From an uncultured Candidatus Saccharibacteria bacterium (lineage in GTDB: Bacteria; Patescibacteriota; Minisyncoccia; Phycocordibacterales; PALSA-1337), in NCBI GenBank assembly GCA_964362725.1, contig CAYIFO010000003.1, positions 1-34,094 on the forward strand: a stretch of 34,094 bases of DNA, in the 5' to 3' direction. Positions 9,534 to 16,922 of this stretch are shown piece by piece. Under the pieces are notes generated by a model. That model made no database searches, was not told the origin of the DNA, and saw only the letters and a list, made by a program, of their open reading frames with translations. The position numbers were made by a program, and so were the translations under genes. Numbering within the stretch: position 1 is the first letter of the stretch; every line of letters begins with the position of its first letter.

Positions 9534-9785
9534 ATGGAAAAACTGAATTCCCAAATCGTTATATATAAAGACAAAAACGGAAAAATCAAGATAGATGTTC
9601 GTTTTGATGGCGACACGGTGTGGTTGACACAGGACACTATCGCAACCCTCTACGGCAAGGGTCGTTCGACGGTGACCGAGCATATCCAAAATATCTTTCA
9701 GGAAGGAGAATTGGATGAAAAAGTGGTATGTCGGGAATTCCGACGAATTGGCGCCGATGGCAAGGAATATCTCGTCAAATACTAC
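9534..9785 (+). pseudogene. RhuM-family protein, N-terminal fragment (about 84 codons)
   Basis: 'IVIYKDKNGKIKIDVRFDGDTVWLTQDTIATLYGKGRSTVTEHIQNIFQEGEL..VCREFRRIGADGKEYLVKYY' matches the N-terminal region of RhuM-family proteins. Similarity stops abruptly after 'KYY', where the frame runs into unrelated residues. Confidence 0.55.
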
Positions 9786-10030
9786 ATTTTTATAATCCAG
9801 AAGACGAATTTTCTGTCTTATCTACCATATCTATTCCCTCGATAACCATTATGGGCAAAAAGGATGGAGCTTTGAGTATTCCCGTCGAACAGACAATGGA
9901 AAGAATTAAAAAAGCGATGACTAATTCAAAAAGAGTTGAAACTGTAATTCTAGGAGACGCTAATCATCAATATGATGACTATCAGCAAGAATTGGCTGAT
10001 ACTGTAAAAACATGGATTCAAATAATGTAA
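9786..10030 (+). pseudogene. alpha/beta hydrolase, C-terminal fragment
   Basis: In a different frame from the RhuM fragment: 'ISIPSITIMGKKDGALSIP....VETVILGDANHQY...TVKTWI'. This has the typical last beta-strands, the G-x-x-D loop and the catalytic-His region of alpha/beta hydrolases. There is no N-terminal nucleophile-elbow part upstream. Confidence 0.5.
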
Positions 10031-10091
10031 AAATTGTAGTCTCCGTATTTGATTCAAAAACATCAGCAATTACATTTGATATACTAAACTT

Positions 10092-10538
10092 ATGGAAACT
10101 TCAGAAAATAAACCAAGGGTTAGTGTGGGTGTAATGATATTTAAGGACGGAAAAGTCTTGATGACGAAGCGTAAAGGTTCACATGGGGCGGGTGAGTATG
10201 GATTCCCAGGAGGGCATCTTGAGCACATGGAATCATTTGAGGATTGCGCGATTCGAGAGACCAGAGAAGAATCTGGATTGGAAATCAAAAATATCAGATT
10301 CCTGTATCTTACTAATGTGACAAAATATGCTCCCAAACATTATGTTCATATAGGACTGGTGGCTGATTGGTCGAGTGGAGAAGCTCAAACATTGGAGCCA
10401 AATAAGGCGGAAGGGTGGAGGTGGTATAGTCTAGACGATTTACCAAAAGGACCAACTTTTGAATTTTGTATTCTCGCATTCGATGCTTTTAAGACAGGTA
10501 AGAAGTATTATTGTTCGGAAAATGATTTAGTGGCTTAA
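10092..10538 (+). CDS. NUDIX hydrolase
   Basis: 'GGHLEHMESFEDCAIRETREESGLE' fits the Nudix box G-x5-E-x7-R-E-U-x-E-E-x-G-U. Confidence 0.9.
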   Translation: METSENKPRVSVGVMIFKDGKVLMTKRKGSHGAGEYGFPGGHLEHMESFEDCAIRETREESGLEIKNIRFLYLTNVTKYAPKHYVHIGLVADWSSGEAQTLEPNKAEGWRWYSLDDLPKGPTFEFCILAFDAFKTGKKYYCSENDLVA

Positions 10539-10812
10539 TTTCTCAAATAAGTTCTGAATCTATCCCACGCATCCAACAAATAAAATTGGAATGTCAATTT
10601 TTGTGGTACAATCATTTTATGAAAAAAATTTACGCTATCTTTTCATATGCTTGTGTATTACTATTGGTAATTATACAAGATCGGTTTACTAAATTCGGTG
10701 TCCGGGCCACTTGCATCACTAAATGAGGCGGAGGATAAAAAAACCTATCTGCAAATAAAACCGTTTGCCAAGCTCAAGGATTTTCTCGAGTCGAGAGATA
10801 ACCCCTAATCAC

Positions 10813-12342
10813 ATGATTGTTGTATTAAATTTTGGAAGCCAGTTTGCACACCTGATAGCTCGTCGTGTAAGAGATCTCGGAGTAACAGCCGAGATTCTGC
10901 CTTTTGATACTTCTGCAACAAAGATTAAAGAGTTAAATCCTTCCGGCATTATTTTCTCTGGTGGTCCTGCTTCTGTATTGGAAAAAGGTAGCCCAAGGCC
11001 CGATAAGAAAATATTTGACTCAAATATTCCTATTCTAGGCATTTGTTATGGCCATCAAGTAATGGCTTGCATGTTTGGTGGCCGAGTTGAGAAAGGTAAA
11101 CATCGAGAGTTTGGCAAAGAGATTTTGACTGTAAAGCAACGCTCAGCTCTTTTTAAGAATCTTTCTTCGAAAGAGTTGGTCTGGTTTTCTCATGGAGACC
11201 AAGTGTCTAAACTTCCAAATGGCTTTGTAACCACAGCGTCTACTTCTGGCTGTAACTGCGCGGCATATCGTCATAAAAACAAAGATTTGTTTGCCATTCA
11301 ATTTCATCCGGAAGTGACACATACAAAGAAAGGTTTAAAGATTCTCTCCAACTTCATGTTTGATATCTGCAAAGCTCCTAAGGACTGGAAGATTGATTCA
11401 GTGGCAAAAAATCTTATTTCTCACCTCAAAGAGCAAATCGGTAAGGATCATATTATTGTTGGAATTTCCGGAGGGGTAGACTCTATGGTCGCTGGCACTC
11501 TGCTTCATAAGGCTGTTGGTAAGCAGCTGCACGCTGTCTTTGTTGATACGGGCCTTCTCCGGAAGAATGAAGTAAAAGATGTTGCAACAGTCTTAAAGAA
11601 AAGGGGCTTTGATTTACATGTCATAGACGCGTCAAAAATATTTCTCGGTAGACTTAAGGGTGTAACTGACCCAGAACAAAAAAGAAAGATAATTGGCCAT
11701 ACATTCATTGAAGTGTTTGAAGATACTATCAAGAACAAACTCAAGAAATATCCGATTAAATATTTTGCACAAGGCACAATCTATCCTGATCGGATTGAAT
11801 CAGCCGAAGCTTCAAAGCATGCTTCTAAAATAAAGAGCCATCACAACCTTACGCTACCTGAAAAGTTCGGATTCCAGATAGTTGAACCGATAAGAGATTT
11901 GTATAAAGATGAGGTTCGAAGATTGGGAGAAGTTCTGGGACTAGCAAAAGATTTGCTTTGGCGGCATCCGTTTCCTGGACCTGGCTTGGCAGTCCGAATT
12001 GTTGGAGAAATTACTCTTGATAGGATTCATATTCTTAAGGAAGCAGATGCAATCTTCATTGATGAACTAAAGAAGGCTGGAGAGTACGAGAAAATCTGGC
12101 AGGCTTTTGCAGCATTACTTCCTTTGAAAACTGTAGGGGTTATGGGTGACGCTCGAACTTATGAATATATGCTTGCTCTTAGGGCTGTCGATTCGGTAGA
12201 TGGTATGAGTGCAGATTGGCATAAGATACCAACTGAATTACTTGAAAAGATTTCCAGCTCAATAGTTGGAAAAGTAAGAGGCGTAAATAGAGTTCTATTT
12301 GATATCACTCAAAAACCACCGGCAACTATTGAGTACGAATAA
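10813..12342 (+). CDS. guaA: GMP synthase (glutamine-hydrolysing)
   Basis: 'GICYGHQ' is the GATase nucleophile, 'GISGGVDS' the PP-loop, and 'KPPATIEYE' the characteristic C-terminus. The ORF track starts at TTG 10765. ATG 10813 ('MIVVLNFGSQF') matches the conserved GuaA N-terminus. Confidence 0.93.
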   Translation: MIVVLNFGSQFAHLIARRVRDLGVTAEILPFDTSATKIKELNPSGIIFSGGPASVLEKGSPRPDKKIFDSNIPILGICYGHQVMACMFGGRVEKGKHREFGKEILTVKQRSALFKNLSSKELVWFSHGDQVSKLPNGFVTTASTSGCNCAAYRHKNKDLFAIQFHPEVTHTKKGLKILSNFMFDICKAPKDWKIDSVAKNLISHLKEQIGKDHIIVGISGGVDSMVAGTLLHKAVGKQLHAVFVDTGLLRKNEVKDVATVLKKRGFDLHVIDASKIFLGRLKGVTDPEQKRKIIGHTFIEVFEDTIKNKLKKYPIKYFAQGTIYPDRIESAEASKHASKIKSHHNLTLPEKFGFQIVEPIRDLYKDEVRRLGEVLGLAKDLLWRHPFPGPGLAVRIVGEITLDRIHILKEADAIFIDELKKAGEYEKIWQAFAALLPLKTVGVMGDARTYEYMLALRAVDSVDGMSADWHKIPTELLEKISSSIVGKVRGVNRVLFDITQKPPATIEYE

Positions 12343-12458
12343 CGATGTAACTACTTGATGAAGCTCTACAGAGTAACCTATATGAATCATTACCCTGAGC
12401 CGGAGATAAATGCTAAACTTAGCTAGAAATTCGTCAATCAAAAGATAAGGAGGATGTG

Positions 12459-13085
12459 ATGCCGTGGATCAAAGCACTACGTCCTATTTGTGGGACGTCT
12501 ACAGCTCTTTTAGTAATTTCCGGCTTTCGGCATGCCAATCAGCCAATCGACTGGATTGTTGTGGCTACTGTGTTTTTTATCACCAGCATGGCAATGATCT
12601 GGAATGACTACCATGATCGAGAAATCGATGTTGCGAAAGGCAGGTTCTTGGCCAGTAAACAACCGGCTATATTCCTTTGCTACGCACTTGGGCTTGCGAC
12701 GGTGAGCCTTGCTCTCTCGCTATGGGTCTTATTTCAGAACGTCATGTTCGGATCGCTTTGTTTAGGGATGTGGGTAGCATCCATGCTCTACAACAAAGCC
12801 CAAAGCAATCCGTTTGCTAAAAACGTGATTGTTAGTCTGAACGTAGCGGCCACGGTTACATTCCCATTGTTCTTGGATACCAAGATTACAAGATTATGGT
12901 TTATGGCAGCCTACGTGTTCGTGGTCATAAGTATCCGGGAGTATATCAAGGATGTTGAAGACATGGAGGTAGACCGAGACAGAAAGTTGACCCTAGCACT
13001 GGTGTTGGACAGCCGGATCAGCGATCGATCGGCAACCTATATCCGCCACTTGATGAGCCTGTTACTAGTGGCGTTGATGGTCTAG
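12459..13085 (+). CDS. UbiA-family prenyltransferase-like membrane protein (short)
   Basis: First Asp-rich motif 'NDYHDREIDVAKGR' (N-D-x-x-D-x-x-x-D) and second 'KDVEDMEVDRDRK', with hydrophobic helices between them. AAGGAGG at 12447-12453 lies 5 nt before ATG 12459. At ~208 aa it is shorter than typical UbiA enzymes. Confidence 0.7.
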   Translation: MPWIKALRPICGTSTALLVISGFRHANQPIDWIVVATVFFITSMAMIWNDYHDREIDVAKGRFLASKQPAIFLCYALGLATVSLALSLWVLFQNVMFGSLCLGMWVASMLYNKAQSNPFAKNVIVSLNVAATVTFPLFLDTKITRLWFMAAYVFVVISIREYIKDVEDMEVDRDRKLTLALVLDSRISDRSATYIRHLMSLLLVALMV

Positions 13086-13088
13086 TCG

Positions 13089-13129
13089 GGACTGGAAAGA
13101 AACCTCGCGTTTCTAGTCAGTCCTTTTTT
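13089..13129 (+). terminator. rho-independent terminator
   Basis: GGACTG-gaa-AGAAAC-ctcgc-GTTTCT-agt-CAGTCC (two stacked perfect 6-bp stems) followed by TTTTTT, 4 nt after the UbiA-like stop codon. Confidence 0.75.
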
Positions 13130-13228
13130 AGCTTGTTTTGGTGGATACGAAAATGCTTCGACTAAGCCAGGGCATTCGCGTAGCTACAGAGTTATATTAT
13201 GGCTGGTAAAAAGTACAAAAAAATACGA

Positions 13229-13256
13229 TTGGCAAACCGACACTTTTTGCTATAAT
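13229..13256 (+). promoter_or_regulatory. sigma70-type promoter with extended -10
   Basis: TTGGCA (13229-13234), a 16-nt spacer ending in TGc, then TATAAT (13251-13256). It lies upstream of a 42-codon ORF and the PL14-like gene. Confidence 0.45.
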
Positions 13257-13426
13257 CCAAATATGCAAAAAATACACTTTTCAATTTATGTCAGATCCGG
13301 ATGGAGATGTAACAGAAATCAAACTTATTGATCCGGCTGATTACAGGAAATATTTTGATTGGGGTGAGGTGGGAGAGAGGATTATGGAGAGGGCTATGGA
13401 ACTGAAAAAATTTTGACACAAAAATA

Positions 13427-14185
13427 ATGGATAAAAAGATTACATTCACATCGCAACCTTTGGGATTATATACGAAGGATCAGATAAATCAGGATTGGAA
13501 TAATCCCCCAAGAATCATGGGCGCTGATAGTGGTAGGTGTAACATCGTCGAAGACCCATTAGACAAATCGCGACATGTATTTGAAATCAAATATCCAAAA
13601 GGAAAAATTGGCCAAGAAGAACATGGTGGGGGCGCACAATGGAGGTTTAAATTTGATAAATCATATTTGAAGTGTACGATTGAGTATCAGGTTATGTTTC
13701 CGGCTGGTTTTGATTTTGTTAAAGGAGGAAAATTGCCAGGTTTATGTGGAGGTACTTCACCGGCTGGAGGCAAGAAGTCGGATGGATCAGATGGTTTTTC
13801 AGCCAGAATTATGTGGCGGGAGAGAGGTGAGATATTTCAATATATGTACTGGATGGAGAGAGCTCAAGAGAAGAATTGGGGCGATGATTTTCCTTGGAAG
13901 GATCTTGAGTCAAAAGAACAAAAGTCTTTCGGGTTTATTCCAGGTCAGTGGCATACGCTTAAAACTGAAATTACCATGAATGCGCCAGGCGAAAGAGATG
14001 GTCAGATCATATCCTGGTTAGATGGTAAACTTGCTCTTGATCAAAAGGGAGCATTTAGAGCAAAAGGAGCTACTTTTGGGATTGATTCATTCAACTTCAC
14101 GACTTTCTTTGGCGGCAATATGCCAGATTGGGCACCGACAAAAGATGAGGTGGCGTATTTTGCGGATTTTGTTATTAAGGGGTAG
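13427..14185 (+). CDS. polysaccharide lyase family 14-like protein
   Basis: 'FVKGGKLPGLCGG....GGKKSDGSDGFSARIMWRERGEIFQYMYW' resembles the 'GGKLPGL.GG ... FS.R.MWR..G..Y.Y' core that I recall for PL14 / Polysacc_lyase domains. There is no N-terminal signal peptide or TM segment. Confidence 0.55.
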   Translation: MDKKITFTSQPLGLYTKDQINQDWNNPPRIMGADSGRCNIVEDPLDKSRHVFEIKYPKGKIGQEEHGGGAQWRFKFDKSYLKCTIEYQVMFPAGFDFVKGGKLPGLCGGTSPAGGKKSDGSDGFSARIMWRERGEIFQYMYWMERAQEKNWGDDFPWKDLESKEQKSFGFIPGQWHTLKTEITMNAPGERDGQIISWLDGKLALDQKGAFRAKGATFGIDSFNFTTFFGGNMPDWAPTKDEVAYFADFVIKG

Positions 14186-14298
14186 TATATTTTCAATAAG
14201 TCCAAGTTGATCGTTACGAAAAAATTTCTTACAGGTTTGCCTAGCGCAGTTGTACTTGAAGGGATGGGAACAATAAGATCATAAAAAAACGTTTTTAC

Positions 14299-14694
14299 AT
14301 GATTCACATTAAGTACAAATTGGATCGATCATCGAAACATGGCATCGGTCTATTTGCAGATGAAAATATAAGGAAAGGAACACTTGTTTATACTTCTAGC
14401 CCTGCGCTTGATGTAAATATTACTCAGGAGCAATTTGATGTATTAGAGGAAAAAGAGAAGCAAGAAATTCGCTGGTGGGGATTTTTTGATAAGCAGGCTC
14501 ATAAATGGCATGTTGATTTTGATGTATCACATTTTATAAATCATTCAGAAGAAGGGACGGTGACACAGGATACCAAGTACAAAGATGCATATCTTATAAC
14601 AACAAGGGATATAGAAAAAGGTGAGGAGTTGACGCAAAATTATCTAGAATTTGAGAGTAAAGATGATCTCAAGGCAAGAGGGATTAATATCTAA
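14299..14694 (+). CDS. minimal SET-domain protein (putative lysine methyltransferase)
   Basis: 131 aa. 'KHGIGLFADENIRKGTLVY' (SET N-terminal G-x-G), 'HFINHSEEG' (N-H-S pseudoknot motif) and 'RDIEKGEELTQNY' (G-E-E-L-x-x-x-Y). No post-SET Cys cluster. Confidence 0.8.
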   Translation: MIHIKYKLDRSSKHGIGLFADENIRKGTLVYTSSPALDVNITQEQFDVLEEKEKQEIRWWGFFDKQAHKWHVDFDVSHFINHSEEGTVTQDTKYKDAYLITTRDIEKGEELTQNYLEFESKDDLKARGINI

Positions 14695-14743
14695 ATGTTC
14701 ATTTCAAGTGGAAACTGTGATGGATATATGTTTTTAACAAAAT

Positions 14744-15304
14744 ATGATAAACATCGATTGGTCAGAATACTATAAAGGAACAGTCGGGAATCCACCTCAT
14801 CCGTTGCTTGTAAAAGCTCTTACTTATATGCAAAGCAGAGACAAGGCAATAGATATTGGTGCTGGCGCCCTTAATGAAACGAGATATCTGCTCGAACAAG
14901 GTTTTGATGTTACTACTGTCGATCAGAGTTCGCTTGTGGAACAAGAAGTTAAGCGTACGGGATCTCCAAAGCTGCACGCATTTACTGTTTCGTTTGAAGA
15001 CTTCGATTTTCCCAAAGACACCTATGACCTTGCGATGGCAATGTTCGCTTTGCCATTTATGGAGGATCATTTTAGTGATGTATTTGCGAAGATAAAGTTA
15101 TCGCTCAAAAAAGGTGGTGTTTTCTGCGGTCAATTTTTCGGCAATCGAGATCAGAGGAAAAACAACACAAACAGGACCTTTCATACCAAGGAGCAAGTAA
15201 TGGAACTTCTGGACGATCTTGCGGTATTGTCATTTGAGGAGGAAGAAAGATTGAAGGGAAATATGAACGCACATATATTTCATGTTATAGCGAGGAGGAA
15301 ATAG
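14744..15304 (+). CDS. class I SAM-dependent methyltransferase
   Basis: 'AIDIGAGALNETRYLLEQGFDVTTVDQS' gives motif I plus the acidic motif II residue, followed by 'YDLAMAMFALPF' and 'LKKGGVF'. 186 aa, a small-molecule MT-like size. Confidence 0.8.
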   Translation: MINIDWSEYYKGTVGNPPHPLLVKALTYMQSRDKAIDIGAGALNETRYLLEQGFDVTTVDQSSLVEQEVKRTGSPKLHAFTVSFEDFDFPKDTYDLAMAMFALPFMEDHFSDVFAKIKLSLKKGGVFCGQFFGNRDQRKNNTNRTFHTKEQVMELLDDLAVLSFEEEERLKGNMNAHIFHVIARRK

Positions 15305-15317
15305 CCGGCATAATCTT

Positions 15318-16028
15318 ATGAGAATAGCTACTTATCTAAACACGACACCAGATGAAGTTCAAAAGAAAAGCCACAATATATGGCTAGGTATAAGTCTTGG
15401 AAATAAATATTTTACAAAAGAGAATATCGCAGAATATATAAAATGGGCTATGAATAATACTAAAAACGAAGTCTTGGTCGTAATAGCTGACGCTTTACAT
15501 GCTGTTAATTTGGAAGTGTTAGATAAACGAAGTCCTGAACATGCGTTAAGAAAAGCGATGAAGATTGGTGATGATAAAGATAGGGAGATCCGAGAAATTA
15601 TCGCTACCCTGCAACCAAATGATCGAAATAAAGTTCGTTTAGTAAGATGGGATGATGTGACTCAAAATGAGATCTATAAATATAATCTGAAGGCGATAAA
15701 AGATGAATTTGTTAGTGATAAAGAATTCCACGATTTCATGACAAATATTGTAGTCGATGGAAGAAATGATCGGACAGCGAGCATTTCCAAAATGTCCCGA
15801 GAAGAATTAGACAGATTGTCAGACTATGTACTTTATGAATTACCACTTTTCGTGAATGGGGTACATATCCAGGGTAGTGATCTGGTTTATACACTATTGC
15901 CATATCCGGGTTTGAATAAATTGGATGATCTAAGCATTGGCCTTTCAAACAGGACTATGTTTCCACATTTAGCTGAAAAATTGCATTTATCAAATCACAT
16001 AGGCATCGTCGAGGCGTACACTGACTAA
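15318..16028 (+). CDS. tRNA-dependent cyclodipeptide synthase (CDPS)
   Basis: 236 aa. 'HNIWLGISLGNKYFTKENI..YIKWA' resembles the AlbC-type 'ALIGISAGNSYFS..N...LL.WA' block holding the catalytic Ser. 'YVLYELPLF' resembles the 'YVLAEAPLF' Tyr-x3-Glu block. 'LLPYPG' gives a Y-P pair (XYP-subfamily-like). Alignment is from memory. Confidence 0.72.
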   Translation: MRIATYLNTTPDEVQKKSHNIWLGISLGNKYFTKENIAEYIKWAMNNTKNEVLVVIADALHAVNLEVLDKRSPEHALRKAMKIGDDKDREIREIIATLQPNDRNKVRLVRWDDVTQNEIYKYNLKAIKDEFVSDKEFHDFMTNIVVDGRNDRTASISKMSREELDRLSDYVLYELPLFVNGVHIQGSDLVYTLLPYPGLNKLDDLSIGLSNRTMFPHLAEKLHLSNHIGIVEAYTD

Positions 16029-16382
16029 ATATGGTAATCAAGGCTTAAATCCATGCGGAAGTAGTGGAATTAAAAAGTTACCGGTGGCTTTGAACTCGGC
16101 TCTTGAAATTCTTTGCTAAGATTCCATTTTATCTACGATTGTCCACAAATAATCTGCTACAATACGACCATGAGTCCCGTTAACCTCCGCCAAAGAGCCC
16201 TAGAAATACTCAAAAACACTCACCTCACTTTGGTCTCCAACTCGAAGGCAATGCTGTGCGCTTGGAAGGTGTAAGATTTGATCTTATTATCAAACATTGG
16301 ACCAAGAGAAGTCATCGGGTGGTTATTCTTCCTGATGCATCCTGACAAAGAAGCTCCATGAGACTAATAAAATTATTAAAAT

Positions 16383-16901
16383 ATGAACCAAAATTTGGAA
16401 ATAAAGAAATCAAAAATTGCCGGAAAAGGCGTTTTCTCAAAAAATAAAATCAACCAAGGTCAAACTATCTGTTTTCTTACTGGAGAATTATGTTCCTTGG
16501 AAGAAGTCTTAAAGAGAGTTGATGAGGGTCGAGAAGAACCGTCGGATCCTCTCGGGGTCGATGATGAAAAATATTTGGACTTGGATGAAATATCTAGAAC
16601 TTTTAACCATTCATGCGAACCCAACTCTTATATAAGAGGCCAGAATGAATTGGTGGCGATTCGGAACATAAGTGGCGGGGAAGAGATAACATATGATTAT
16701 TCAACGACCATGAATGATAACGAGGAGAAGATTATCAAAGCCGGCCGAAATCTTTGGACATGCAAGTGTTATTGCGGAAGTGATAAATGTCGAGGAAAAA
16801 TTGATCAGTTCAAAACTTTACCAAAAAATGTTCAGTCATATTATATTGATAATAAATTGATGCCCAATTTTATGCTAAAAGTTTTTGCATCAACTGATTA
16901 G
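16383..16901 (+). CDS. SET-domain methyltransferase with post-SET Cys cluster
   Basis: 'IAGKGVFSKNKINQGQTI', 'FNHSCEPNSY', 'ISGGEEITYDY' and post-SET 'CKCYCGSDKCRG'. This is a canonical SET plus post-SET architecture in 172 aa. Confidence 0.85.
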   Translation: MNQNLEIKKSKIAGKGVFSKNKINQGQTICFLTGELCSLEEVLKRVDEGREEPSDPLGVDDEKYLDLDEISRTFNHSCEPNSYIRGQNELVAIRNISGGEEITYDYSTTMNDNEEKIIKAGRNLWTCKCYCGSDKCRGKIDQFKTLPKNVQSYYIDNKLMPNFMLKVFASTD

Positions 16902-16922
16902 ATAATAAGATATCTTACTGCA

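Noticed and set aside
9396-9689. 97-aa minus-strand ORF overlapping the RhuM fragment
   Set aside because: Most of it is antisense to a segment with clear RhuM similarity on the + strand. Only its last 32 codons (9396-9494) have an RBS-like sequence, so I treat it as a stub within the gene-fragment patch, not a CDS.
10539-10812. Purine/guanine riboswitch upstream of guaA
   Set aside because: I could not find the conserved three-way-junction core or the paired P1 arms by eye. This needs a covariance-model scan before any claim.
10765-10812. Upstream TTG/GTG starts given by the ORF track for guaA (10765), copA (20508), the HMA permease (22819), livH (26295), csoR (20173) and binding proteins 3 and 4 (30579, 32795)
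   Set aside because: In each case an internal ATG restores the conserved family N-terminus, removes overlap with the upstream gene or promoter, and/or is preceded by a better ribosome-binding site.
13680-14307. Alternative-frame and antisense ORFs over the PL14-like gene (13680..13979, 14022..14210, 14041..14307)
   Set aside because: They are nested in or overlap a longer ORF that has a recognisable family motif, and have no independent start signals.
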